Source of the DNA: Octopus sinensis
Taxonomy: Eukaryota
DNA: 64,000 bases
NCBI RefSeq assembly: GCF_006345805.1
Contig: NC_042997.1
Location: forward strand, 68,510,001 to 68,574,000
Direction: 5' to 3'
Numbering within the stretch: the first letter of the stretch is position 1; every line of letters begins with the position of its first letter. This document shows, piece after piece, positions 14,938 to 28,642 of this stretch. Below the pieces are notes generated by a model. That model was not told the origin of the DNA and did not search any database. It saw only the letters and a list, made by a program, of their open reading frames with translations. Position numbers and translations under genes: made by a program.

Positions 14938-15487
14938 GGATGTATGTACATATATATATATACATATATATAAATATATGCATGTATACGTATAAATATA
15001 TGTATGAGTTATTATATATATATATATATATGTGTGTGTGTATGTGTGTGTATGTGTGTGTGTGTGTGTGTGTGGTGTGTGTGTGTGCGTCTGCGTGTAA
15101 ATAGACGAAGCTGCCTTATGATGTACAACCTTTCAGTTATGATCATCTCATCATGTTTTCAGACATTATATTGCTCTCAGTGTCCATTTTTATACATCAT
15201 GTACATACTGACTTGAGGAAGATTTGGTTGTTATGTCTAAAAAGAACCAATCACTGTTTAGAGGTTTCGACCCTTTGATCCGTGTTATAATTACATTTGA
15301 AATAAATTTATTTAATAACTTGGTAAAGAGCCGGAGAACCCATGATCTGTTTCATTTTATTTCTTAGCTAACTCTCACACCTTCATTACAATCTTTCCCT
15401 ACCGTCCTCTAAATTCGCGCGCACACACCCACCCACACAGGTAGATAATAATAATATATACTTACATACATATTTCTATATATATAT

Positions 15488-15575
<88 letters not shown>

Positions 15576-15979
15576 AATATATATGTATATATATATATAT
15601 ATATACATATACTGTCACTCCCCTATCTTACTGCATCTAAAACTAAATACGTGGCATTGGCGACCAAATCGGACAATGACAATGAATTTCATACCATGAA
15701 CTCTCAGGAAGTATCGTAAGGAGGTTTAATTTCTGAAGGGCCGCTTAAATTGGGCACCGCTGCCAACCCCTATTTTTACTGCCTTTACTTCGCTCCTCCC
15801 TTATTGATTAAACTATGATCAGCATCAATGCTTAGCACATTTGCAGAAATAAGTTTGGGTATTACACTACACAAGGGTAAAGGGTCGCAAAGCGGCCATG
15901 CCACCCGAAGGGCGGCTTCAAGGCTGCTATATATAATGCTATATATGTGTGTGTGTGTGTGGTCTGTGTGTGTATATAC

Positions 15980-16027
<48 letters not shown>

Positions 16028-16434
16028 AAAAAATGAAGTTCGAAAATGCTGCTGTATTATACAATTTTTAATTTTTATATATACATTATAACATGTTTCA
16101 GTTCCTGAAATGAACCTTATCAAAAAAGTTATATATAAAAAGAGACAGCTCATGCCGTCAAACACAAGAAATTAATTTATAATACACAACGGAGTCAGAC
16201 ATCTTAGAGTTCATGTATAGTTGATATATAGTTCATGTATAGTTGATATATAGTTTGAAGTATATGTTCAAAGTGTTCGATGCAGTGGCCCACGGTGGCG
16301 ATACGTATTCAATACAAAAACAGATCAAGTGGTGGAAAGCGGTCAATACAGAAGATTGATGTTTCCGAAAGAGCGAGGAATTCATTTTTACCTTAAGCAA
16401 TTGTGATGACCCATGGTGGAAGTTCGCTGGGTGG

Positions 16435-16496
<62 letters not shown>

Positions 16497-16599
16497 ACAT
16501 GGAGGCAGATTGGGTCAACTTGACATCTGCATTATATCCAAATACCGGAAGGACCCCAGGTACATAGGTAATACGAACAGACTAGCACACACAGGCACA

Positions 16600-16715
16600 C
16601 ATACACACATGCCACAAACAAACGAACAAAAATAACTCAGCTGTGATAATGGTCAGAGCCGACGAGAACTGGAAAGGTTGCAAAATAAATAACTGAATGA
16701 GAGGAAATCGACCCG
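16600..16715 (+). other. Possible non-coding 5' exon of the signal-peptide gene (5' boundary arbitrary)
   Basis: Consensus donor CCG|GTAAGT at 16716; all three frames closed, consistent with UTR. Confidence 0.2.
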
Positions 16716-16763
16716 GTAAGTGTGTTAAATAATAAGGCACTAAAAGAATAACTATCCGCAGAC

Positions 16764-16817
<54 letters not shown>

Positions 16818-17756
16818 ATATATATATATATTAGTTATATATTCCACTGGCCACACTGGGTTATTTCTATTAGTTTAGTTATACTTCAGCTATATGTGTG
16901 ACTGTATGTCTGTTTGTACACACACTCACACATATATTCTTACACAGAGACATTCATAACAAAATTAATGAGTCCGCGTCAATTTTGATGAGTAGTGTTC
17001 CAGTTACCGAATCAACAGATCTGAAAACTTTTCCAATTACCGAATAAACTGCTGAGTATTCCACGTACACGTGCACTGTTAACGTCATTGTCATTCCGAA
17101 TCAGAGTGATAGACTGTGCGACATGACTCTGCCGTTTATTTTACAAGTACTGCCCGTCTGATAGGCTTCAGCACTGTTTCAAGAACTAATTCAACTCTTA
17201 ATGATTTTGTCTACCCAAGGTTTTAGTGTAAGAAACTTTGTAAAGAGCCATGCAGTAAGATTTACGCAGACCTCCCTGATTATGAAGCGAACTTGTAAAA
17301 AAAATCGTCCTCCGAGCACGCATGCTTACACACACACACACACACACACAAACGCACACACACACACACGCACACACTCACACTCACACATACTCACACT
17401 CACCTACACCCACACACGTGCGCGCGCGCATACACATATGTGCATGCACTTATACATACATATATACACAAACATGCATCCATAATGTACATGCTTGCAT
17501 ACATACATATGTGTGTATACATACATACATTCATATATATATATATATATATATATGATGAATCTAAATATACATATATTCAGATTTATGTATAGCCCCC
17601 AGTAAAAAGAAACAATTAACTTCCTCAGATCGGACGTTTGTAGTTTTTTTTTTTTTTAGAAAGAAAAGGTGTTGCATACAATTCTGATATTGGTTTTCTT
17701 AATTCAATGTTCTCAAGTAAGGAACCGAAAGATATGGAGAAAAAGGAGATCAAGCG

Positions 17757-18314
<558 letters not shown>

Positions 18315-18598
18315 ATGCGTACGTACACCTACGCACACACACATACACACACAGATAAAAAAACTAACGGTCTGAAATTGTTAGAAAGTTACGTACATAG
18401 GCAAATAATACTGGTGTAGATAGACAGGCAGATGCACATATGCATTCATACACAGTCATCAGACATATACTTACAAATATGAATACACACACACATATAT
18501 ATATATATATGTTTATATATGTTTGTGTGTGTATATATATCAATGTTTATATATGATATTTGTGTGTCTATGTATATATATATATATATATATATCAA

Positions 18599-18731
18599 CC
18601 GAAATTGCGAGGATGATCTGGTTCTTGACTGAGGATAAAAGGCTTCGAATGACCCGTCCTTGTTTTTTTGTATCGTCTATCTGGATGTTTTGTTGTCCGG
18701 ATGTTTTGCGTTCTTGTCCCATTTTGTATTA
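18599..18731. repeat. Short interspersed repeat, copy 2 (inverse of 14681-14842)
   Basis: ccgaaattgcgaggat...cttcgaatgacccgtccttg...cattttgtatta is the reverse complement of copy 1. Confidence 0.85.
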
Positions 18732-18779
18732 TACACACACACACACACAGACACACACACACCACACACACACACACAC

Positions 18780-18825
<46 letters not shown>

Positions 18826-19774
18826 TATATATACGCATATGTGTGTGTATTTATGTATTTGTATACATCTATCTATATATCTATCCATATATACATGCCT
18901 ACATACACACATACATACATACATACATACATACATACATACATACATACATACATACATACAAGCATACATACATACATACATACATATATACATACAT
19001 ACGTACATACATCCGTGCATGTATATACGCATGATCACGATATCTTAAATTATAAAAATCGGCAAGACCTTCTTAGGATTTAAAGGATAATGCTTAAAAC
19101 AAGATGCTTTCCTTCACATCCTTGCTACCAAGTTGTTGGCCGGTCAAAAATTACTCAAAATTAAAAAGATAAAGACATGAACATAGATAGAAAAATGCAT
19201 ACACGCAGACATATACACAACATATATAAATACTTCAGACATGGTTATGATTATAGAAAAGAATATGTAAAAAGAATATGGAACATAAGGTAGAAAAAAA
19301 TACGTGAAAGAGAGATAGAGAGAGAGAGGGTGGGGAGAGAGAGAATGAACAGATAAATAGTGTGAAAGGTTGAAAGAGAAGAGAAGAGAGAAAGTCAGAG
19401 AGCTTTGTGATGTTGAGTGGACGGGAGGGAAGGAATGAAGAGAAAAAAAGAGCTAGAAAAGAAAAATAGATAAATCGACAAACAGCAGAGTTAGTTATTG
19501 TTAGTTGCTGTTGGAGACGAATCTATAGAAAAATTTAGTGGCAAATCCACGTTTGTAAAATAGCGACCAATACGTATCTTAGTAACGCGTATCGACACAT
19601 ATATCGCGGCCGCAAAACACAAAACGCACAGTATAAGTAAATACATTTACATACGTTCAAAATACAACACACAAAACTGTGTATATGTTCACGAACAGCG
19701 TTATTCTTTTATTCTTTAATTTGTTTCAGTCGTTTGACTACGGCAATACTGGAACACCGCCTTTTATATATGTA

Positions 19775-20158
19775 CTAGCAGTATCGCCCGGCGTTGCTCG
19801 GGTTTGTAAGGGAAATAACTATAAAGCATTTTTAGAGAGTTATAGCCAAAAATTAGCAAAAAAATGGAAAAAAATGATGGTAAATTTTTTTTGAGATTTA
19901 AAAAAGGTGGAGTTGCGTCCCCTAGACAGTTTGCGGTTTGAGTTTCTCATTCTCGACCCCATGTCGAATTTATCGATTTTTTTCAGAACTGGGGGAACTT
20001 TTCAAAATTTTCGCTGCGTTAGTTTTGAATTATGACATTGGGCTATGTGTGTGTCAAGTTTCATCAGAATCGGTTGAAAGCCGTGGTCAGGGTGAGGGTA
20101 CGAGAAAACAGACACACAGAAACACACACAGACAAACTGCCGTTTATATAGAGAGAGA
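19775..20158 (-). mobile_element. Non-autonomous Helitron (about 384 bp) with canonical termini
   Basis: On the minus strand it starts 5'-TC after an A and ends CTAG-3' before a T (A|T insertion, no TSD). A GC hairpin CCCGAGCAACGCCGGG lies 8 nt before the CTAG. The internal AAGTTTCATCAGAATCGG motif is typical of Lep1-like mini-Helitrons. Confidence 0.85.
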
Positions 20159-20202
20159 TGAATAAATATTATCAATTATTTTTCACACACACACACACAC
20201 AT

Positions 20203-20245
<43 letters not shown>

Positions 20246-20719
20246 CATATACGCCTGCACGCATATATGCACACGACCAGAAACGATAATACACACAACT
20301 ACATGCACAAAACATGGAAGATATATGCACACGCATTATCAAACACCGGCGCATACATACACATAGATACATACAATGGTGTATATAATACACAATTAGT
20401 CAGTGGGAGAGACGAGCTGGGGGAGACATCACAATTGCTGAAAGTACAGTGGTTGGGGTGCATGCAAACATAAACCCCGTGCACCCAAACTCGAACATCC
20501 ATTCACATGAATGCGCATAATATACACCACACACGTGCAATATTTTATACACACACACAAACAAACAGAAGTAGGTACACATTAGTACACACTCGCGCGC
20601 CCGCGCACACCAACACGACCATGTAATTATATGCAAACACAGGCAGACACGTGTGTAGTACTACTAAAGAAACACACAAACACGGTGACACATATATGAA
20701 TGCATGCATCTTCTCTCTT

Positions 20720-20763
<44 letters not shown>

Positions 20764-20899
20764 CACACACACACACAGAGACTCATACACATATAGGATA
20801 TGAAAAGAAACTTGCATCATTATAACATGCTTCTGAATTAGACGAGAAGGAAAGCAATACTTTGATACAGAAAGTGTAAACAAAATCTGGCGTCGTCAC

Positions 20900-21115
20900 C
20901 ACCACCATCATAAACAATACCAACTCCATACCCTCCACTACCACCACCACTACCACCACCACTACCACCACGATTACCTCAACCACAACGAGCGCCCCTC
21001 CGCAACCACCACTACCGCCTTTACCACCACCACCACCACCAACACCATCACTTCCACAACTGCCGGTGCTGCCAGCAAAGTCACTTTTAACTACCAACGA
21101 TTATCACAACCACCT

Positions 21116-21178
<63 letters not shown>

Positions 21179-21180
21179 AT
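20900..21180. repeat. (ACC)-rich degenerate tract followed by (CTA)n
   Basis: Direct reading. Confidence 0.9.
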
Positions 21181-21684
21181 ATAATGATAATCATCATTAC
21201 TATGGTTTTGATGATACTCTAACTGCAGATTTTCGGAACAAATCCAAATGCTTGACTACTGTTTAAAAACACATTCATATATTTATTTATATATGTTTAT
21301 TTATATTTACCTTTACAGCATGTCGAGAAAAAAAGAAAACTATATTACCTTCCAGTAAATGTTTAAGAATATCTATGTTTTCTTTTCTTCTGATATTACG
21401 GTTAAAAAGTAGAAGAAAAAAATAATAAAAAGGTTGCATAACAATAACAAAGAGGATACGTGTATGAATATATGAGAAGAATTAGGGGAAAAAGAAGAGA
21501 AAAGAAAGCACAACAAGACATATACTTTACAAGAAAAGCACCATGCTGTAAAGATACAAACACATACATTTACGTACACACAGATAATATAAATATATAT
21601 ATGTATATATATATATGTTTGCATTAACGGATTTTGTCGTTCAGATAAAATGCACGGTCGTCAAATAGAAGACGGAAGCTCGGA

Positions 21685-21748
21685 ATGGAAACTAGCACCA
21701 AACTGCCAAATTTCTATGTAATCTTGTTTATATTACTATCTACACTAG
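21685..21748 (+). CDS. Probable first coding exon encoding a signal peptide: METSTKLPNFYVILFILLSTL(G/V/A/E/D); secreted or membrane protein of unknown identity
   Basis: Acceptor TTTTGTCGTTCAG at 21643-44 (exon from 21645), in-frame upstream TAA, Kozak-like GGAATGG, a Lys followed by a hydrophobic core, and consensus phase-1 donor AG|GTAAGA at 21749. Confidence 0.55.
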
Positions 21749-21917
21749 GTAAGAAATGTTGATCAGTTTATTTTCGTTTGTATTATCATGTTTATGTTTA
21801 CTTTCTATTTTAACATGACTAATTTATAATTTCTGTTTTAAACATTTATTTTCATTATTTGAATTTCTTTTCTGTAAAACACAGAAGAAATACATTCATA
21901 CATACATTCCTACCTAC

Positions 21918-22034
<117 letters not shown>

Positions 22035-22496
22035 ATATATATATGTACACTCACTGTATATACAGTCACATACTTTCATATGTACCTCTGTTTCTTTTCC
22101 GTATTCTTACTTAGTTTCCTCTTGTTCTTGGAAGCTTGTTACTTTATATCTAAAATATTAATATAGTTATTATAACTTTTAAAAGTTGTTCCTGGAGCAA
22201 CACTTATAACAAGTAATAATGATCTCGTTTATGAGTAGTAATTTATTCCAACTTTTGTTACTGTTTTGATATTAATAAAACAATAACTGTTACTAACACT
22301 GACACATCCAAATATCTAGGGAGCGAGATGAATCGATCCTAAGAACGATAATACATCACCGGTATCTTATTTCATCGACAATCGAGCATAAAAGACAAAG
22401 TGCAGAAAAAAGTTATAGGAATATATACTAGAGAGTATTTTGTCATTCGACTGGACGATTCTGATAATCAGGCACTTTAATAATGATAATAATTCT

Positions 22497-22705
22497 GTCT
22501 ACTACAGGCACATGGACATAAGCCCTGAAATTAGGGGGAAGGGCATAGTCGATTACATCAAGCCTAGTTAATGACTAGCACATAATTTATCGAACCCCGA
22601 ACGAATGAAAGGTAAAGTCGCCGTCGGCGGAATTTGAACTCAGAACATGAAGACAGATGAAACGCCGCCAAGCATTTTATCGAGCTTGCTAACTATTCCC
22701 GTAAA
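22497..22705 (-). mobile_element. tRNA-derived octopus SINE (GGCGGCGAGCTGGCAG-head family), degraded
   Basis: Contains the reverse-strand B box (GGAATTTGAACTCAG) and the GAAAGG..AAAGTCG core shared with the copies at 62645-63488. Confidence 0.8.
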
Positions 22706-22828
22706 TGATAATGATAATTACTATTTCTTTATTAACCACAAAGGGTTTACATTAAAAAAAAAACAACATTGTGGACAGTACAGGATAAATAGAATGTGTG
22801 GTTACATGAAAGTCGTGTAAACAATGAA

Positions 22829-22897
<69 letters not shown>

Positions 22898-22899
22898 TT

Positions 22900-23395
22900 A
22901 GTACCAGGCAGTGGCTCACGTGGCTTCTGATGTTAACTGTTAAAATGTATGTTTTGTTTTGGGCTACAGTAAATATGCTGCTGAATACCACAACCAGTTA
23001 AATATGCCTCTTAGTGGCTGTCGATATGTACATATCTGATCACGAGCAGGTTTTGTAGGGGAGCATCATAGCCATGTGTTTAGAGCGATTCTTTGGGGTT
23101 TGGATAATCCCTCAAGTAACATAGGTGTTTCGTTCAACATCCTTAAACAATTCTTATCCAGGGTCCTTTTGAGCGGAATGCGTTACTCGACATAAGAAAA
23201 TTGTAACCGGGCCCACCGGCAAGGTCATGAGCTGTTTATCTTGGTATGAGGTCACCATGTCTTGTACATACGATTGTGACACATGTGCCTGGTGTACACT
23301 TATTAGACGGGCAGTCATGATGGGTAAAGTGCATTTAGTACACTTGTACTCCATTGTCACTTTGATGGCATGCGCTGCTCTGTCACTCAATCTTG
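22900..23395. repeat. Approximately 500-bp octopus interspersed repeat bounded by trinucleotide tracts (class uncertain, possibly LINE-associated)
   Basis: Recalled similarity to an abundant octopus repeat (caggcagtggct...gggagcatcatagcc...ggtgtttcgttcaacatccttaaacaa...gtcactttgatggcatg); not verified. Confidence 0.45.
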
Positions 23396-23694
23396 ATGAT
23401 GATGATGATGATGATGATGATAACAACAACAACAACAACAATAACAACAACTACAACAGCAACAACGACGACGGTGCCATACGTTTATTAATACGTTTTC
23501 AAATCAGAAAAAGGTTTAGTTAAGTGACTTTGCAGTATGTATTACGGGTATGTTAATTATTGACTGTGGAAGATAAATATGTTTTGTATCTTTTCGAACC
23601 AACAGAGAAAGAAATATCTGTAGGATACAGAGCGTCGATTCGTTGAAATAAACTCTATCCCAATGGTTAACCCTATGTTTTGACTTACGTATAT

Positions 23695-24100
23695 AGCGGT
23701 GTGATAAGTTTTCTTCTCAACCACGTGGTACCGGGTTCAGTCCCATTCCGTGGCACCTTGGCTAAGTTTCTTTTACCATAGCCCCGGCCAATCGAAACTT
23801 TGTTAGTAGATTTGGTAGCCAGAAACTAAAAGAATTCCGTCGTACATATCGTGTACTAGTGTGTGTGTTCTTCACCAGAACGTGACACCGGCGTTTGTTT
23901 ACTTTCCAGTAAATTAAATGTTCGGCCAAAGAGACCAATAGAATACGTATCAGGCTTAAAAAGATGCATGAAGGCTGATGTAAAATGTGGAACAACAAAA
24001 GAGAAAGAAAAATAAATACAGGAGTCGATTTGTTCGACTAAAATTCCTCGGGCGTTACCCGAGCATCTTCGCAGCCCAATGACTGAAACAAGTAAAAAAT
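23695..24100 (+). mobile_element. tRNA-derived octopus SINE (GGTTCAGTCCCA B-box family)
   Basis: Homologous to the reverse copy at 53768-54212: ccgggttcagtccca, ggcaccttgg, gatttggtag, 3' gactgaaacaagtaaaa. Confidence 0.8.
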
Positions 24101-24689
24101 CAAAAATATACATGTTTATATGTCAATGCGTGTGAATGCGTACAAACTAAAATTTAAACAGATGAACAAGCACATTGACGTGATCAGTAGAGAGGAAGCA
24201 TATTTTTACGATCTCAGTTTAGATCCCGCCAAACTTCATTTTTTATTTCGAAATCGATAAAATAAAGTACCACTTAACTATTAGTGCCGATTTTATCGAT
24301 CACAAATTTATAATCTTTTCAAACATATACACGTGTGTAAAAGTTGAATTTATTTTAGAAATTAAAATTATAAAAGGTTATAAAAATATGTAAATGTTTG
24401 CATACATACATATATACTCATACATATGTGTGTGTGCGTGTGTATGTGTGTATATATTGAGAAAATGTCGTCAGGATTTTGGAAAAAAACCCTTATATTT
24501 CTTCATTATTATTAGCACTTTTGTTCCTCTCTAGAACTTGTCAAATACAATTTTGTGAATGTACAAACAGCTTGTCCATTTATATAAAACAGATGTTTTT
24601 GGGTGGGGTTTGTTTAGAAGAGAACATTGCTTTTGTTTTCTTTTTTTGTTTGAGGTTCCAAGTCGATGGAGATGGACAGATAGGAATAT

Positions 24690-24764
24690 AAGTAGGCAGA
24701 TAGGCTGATAGATGGATAGATAGAGAGAAAGATAGTCCGACAGATAGAAAGTGGGTAGAAGGAA

Positions 24765-24808
<44 letters not shown>

Positions 24809-25945
24809 TATCCACCTTCCTATTCATCATTCATTCATTTATTTAATTATTTTTTCCTTTACCATTGTATTGGAATGGGTTTAAGGATGGTGACCACTTA
24901 AAAGAAAAAACAGGTGTGGTTTGGTCATCACTGAAAGTTTTTTCTTTCTTTCTATCTCTCTTCTTTTTTCCTTTCTTCTTTTCTTCTTTCCTTTTTCTTC
25001 CATTTTTCTCCTTTCTTTCTTTTTTCCTCTTTGAGTTATATTTAGAATATACCCCTTCCAAACATTTATTTTCACGCCATAAAATCGAACTTACCTATAC
25101 TCCAACAAAGCCCAAAAATGAAAACCTTGATTGAAAAAAAAACTTTACGGAATAGCAGACGACAACCAAAAAACTCTTAAAGAACACCTCACCAGTGCAG
25201 AATTCTAATCAGGGAATAAATCGGAATTCTTAGTAAAAGAATGTGGAGATAGGAGATGTAGAACATGCAATAATATCAACAACTTCAAATACTTGGAAAG
25301 TGGTTCTCACATAAAATTCAAGAGCAGATCCTTTTTCAAAATAAATGCAGATATGAAATGCAAAACGCAAAACCTCATATACTGCATTGCCTGCCAAATC
25401 TATGGAGAAAATTACATTGGCGAAACAAATGATTCCCCCTGTCAACGTGCAAGAATCCACAGGCAACATATGCTATAAGAAGAATTACGCAAGATTCCAT
25501 TAGGCAAGCATCTCGAAATATGCGGCGACGGAAAATTCAAAATTTTTCACTTTTACAAATGTGCACGAGATGATCCGCAATACCGAAAAACAATGGAACT
25601 ACATTTCATCAAATAATTCTCTCCAAAGTTGAATGTTTAAAAGAAAAACAGAGAGTACGTTTTGTAAGTGTTATACTAATGATCTCTAACGCAAAATCAT
25701 GGAATTGAAAGAGGCGAGATCGAAATTACACAGTATAAACATGGACATATTCCCAACCACACACACACTTACAAGCACACACGCACAGAAACATGCACTC
25801 ACATACACACTTCATCAAGGAATCCTCCCTAAAATTGAATATTTGAAAGTAAAGTGGAGAATTTGAATTCTTTATTCCAAATGTGGCTCTACAAATGTTC
25901 AGATATATATATCTGATATTCCAGCTTCATGTATATATATGCATG

Positions 25946-25976
<31 letters not shown>

Positions 25977-26430
25977 TTACATATATATATATACTGAATG
26001 ATTTTTCAAATTGTTAATTTGCAAATATTATACTAATGTCTTTTCATGCAGAACTACACCTCCCTTCAAAAATGAATATTTGGAAGGGGTATATTCTAAA
26101 TATAACTCAAAAGGAGAAAAAGAAAGAAAAGAGGAAAAAGGAAGGAAAAGAAAAGAAGTAAAGAAGTAATAGAAAAAGGAAAAGAAAAGAGAAAAAAGAA
26201 TAGAGAGAGAAAGAAAGCAAAAACTTTCAGTGATGACCAAACCACACCTGTTTTTTCTTTTAAGTAGTCACCATCCTTAATCCCATTCCAATACAATGGT
26301 AAAGGAAAAAAAAAACAATTAAATAAATGAATGAATGGTGAATAGGAAGGTGGACAACCCTTCTTTCTCTCTCTTTCCCTCTACCCATCTGTCTATCTGC
26401 CTGCCTAACTATCTATCTATCTATCCATTT
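24690..26430 (+). mobile_element. 5'-truncated Penelope-like element with GIY-YIG endonuclease relic and an inverted terminal (pLTR) copy
   Basis: 25150-25640 translates with stops to SRRQPK..CGDRRCRTC..MKCKTQNLIYCIAC..ENYIGET..IPLGKHLEICGDGKFKIF..FSPKLNV*. About 24690-25072 is the reverse complement of about 26069-26430. Confidence 0.88.
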
Positions 26431-26844
26431 ATCTCCAGAAATTGAAAACAGAGGGTTACCCACTTGCAAACAAATGTGGTAACATATAACAATATTGACC
26501 AAGGTTACCGTGGTCTTTTCCGTAGGCTTTTCTTCTCACGGATAAACCTTACTTGCTTTGCCCTTTACACCATATATCATAACACTGTGATACACGATAT
26601 CTATTGATCGTTTTTCTTTTCCTCTTCCCCTTTTTTCTTCTTTTTTCATTTCTCTTTTCTTTTGTTCCTTTTCCTTTTCCTTTTCTTCTTTTTTATTTAT
26701 TTTATTTTATTTTATTTTTTATTTTTATTTTTAATTTTTTTTTTTAATTAAAATTTTTTTTTGTTCTTCTTTTTCCCTTTTACGATCCCTTTTCATCGAA
26801 AACCTACGCCACCTTTTTTTGTTTCTTTTGTTTTTTTTTTTTCA

Positions 26845-26916
26845 TCCCCCAAAAGAAAAGCTCTACCTTGTAACTTGTCCCATCTGTGTGCAGCCATGTG
26901 TGGCCAATAAAGAAAC

Positions 26917-26981
<65 letters not shown>

Positions 26982-26982
26982 C

Positions 26983-27048
<66 letters not shown>

Positions 27049-27049
27049 A

Positions 27050-27120
<71 letters not shown>
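26845..27120 (+). mobile_element. LINE 3' tail (AATAAA) followed by (TATC)n; second copy at 50165-50260
   Basis: aaagctctaccttgtaa..tgt..tctgtgtgcagcc.tgtgtggc.aataaagaaac occurs in both places. Assignment to Tx1/L1 is from recall. Confidence 0.65.
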
Positions 27121-27123
<3 letters not shown>

Positions 27124-27596
27124 GGCGACACTGTGAGGCATCCCGCAAGATTTGGGATGCGGGACGAGCGTGTCTTCATACGCGGATGAGGTCACCGTCG
27201 TAGTGTCTTGCCACGACCACAACAAGCTGGTCGGCGAGACACTGAAAGACTACGAAGCGGTAACAGGAGCGAAAATTTACCGGAAAAAGTCAGTGGACTC
27301 GCGTCTACGCACCTGAAGACGCAAGCCCATGCCGTCCAGCAGCGCCTCCGAGGTGGGACGCTGGACCGACGGTCCGGTCGAGTTTCTCGGGGTCTGGTTT
27401 GGTCCAGACTTCCAAACAGAGAAAAACTGGAACGAGATAACGAGTAGGGTTGCCATTCTCGCCTGGCAATGAGCCTAGAGGAAGCTGTCCCTAAAAGATC
27501 AGGCGGAGGTGGCGAACGCGTACATGGCGTCCGTCATCTACTACCGCCTCACCATCGTGCGTTGTCCTGACCCTACCATCACCAAACTGGAACGTT
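27121..27596 (+). mobile_element. Tx1/L1-clade LINE reverse transcriptase fragment
   Basis: SYADEVTVVV (YADD box), YEAVTGAKI, GRWTDGPVEFLGVWFGPD, LSLK..AEVANAY; homologous to 36146-37545. Confidence 0.85.
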
Positions 27597-28268
27597 TCAA
27601 ACTGAGTTATGTTTCAGTTTTATCGTTTGTATGAGTGTGTATGTATCCCCGCGTGTCTATAACAAAACACTCTTAACACGCTCGTCTAACGTTTCTTTTA
27701 TCTCAAATGTAATACCTTCTATCTATCTTTCTGTCTGTCTGTCTCTGTCTATCTATCCATCTATCTACGAATATATGTTATTTATCTACTTATCTATCTA
27801 TTGTATCTTACTTTAGATAACCTACTTTAAGTTTCATGTGAGGAGAAAGATATTTAGTTAAACTTATTTCAAGTCACTGACATCGTTGCACGTAGTGTTT
27901 CAGTATTTTCTTTAAAATAGCTAGTAGTAATACGAAAAAGAAAAACACTGCTTCGTTTAAGAAAAATATTGCTTTAGTTTTTAAGAAAAACGCTACTTTA
28001 ATTTGGTAATGCAAGGTGTGGCTACAATAGTATTTTTGATAGTAAGTGGTACGAATTTATCGTCAGCAACTGATTCTGTTTAAATGCTGAATATGAAAAC
28101 GAAAGAATAAAAAAAAAACTCAAATAGAGAAAAATGTATTTTTGGAAATATATTATACTTTGTCTAATTTACAAAAGTGTTTGTTTATTGTTAGTTTGTC
28201 CCCCCCCCCAGAATTATCAAAGTATAGAAGAGTGCGTTATGCATATATATTAGTATGTTTAGTGTTTA

Positions 28269-28642
28269 AATAAAGGATTGGTCCGTAATAATTTTGTGTA
28301 TCGAAGTAATCTTCAGACTGCATTATTCAACTGAATGTGTGGTTTTCTGGTATACCGAGGTTGCATTTTTTTTATCCATTCAGGTATACCATTTAACTTT
28401 CGATGAATCTCCAATGCATGGTGTATGCGGGATTATAGTTCCTTAGTTTCAAGATGTGAATTGATACCAGTTATCTGAATGGTAATTCGAGATAATAAAA
28501 CCTTTTATTGAAAGTTAAATGGTATACCTGAATAGATAAAAAAAATGCAACCTCTGTATACCAGAAAACCACACATTCAGTTGAATAATGCAATCTGAAG
28601 ATTACTTCGATACACAAAAGTATTACGGACCAATCCTTTATT
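28269..28642. repeat. Fold-back element: 136-bp inverted arms (28269-28404 and 28507-28642) with an approximately 102-bp spacer
   Basis: Arms are reverse complements with only a handful of mismatches by manual alignment. No TSD recognised. Confidence 0.92.

Noticed and set aside
16975-17130. Minus-strand peptide resembling a cadherin repeat (DNDVNS..FRSVDSVTGTL), tempting given the octopus protocadherin expansion
   Set aside because: It needs a frameshift, lacks the DRE and DxNDNxP motifs, and has no extended ORF.
18625-18665. CTGAGGA...CGAATGACCCGTC hammerhead-like core in the short repeat (also in the 14681 copy)
   Set aside because: GAAA is replaced by GAAT in both copies and no stem I pairing can be drawn.
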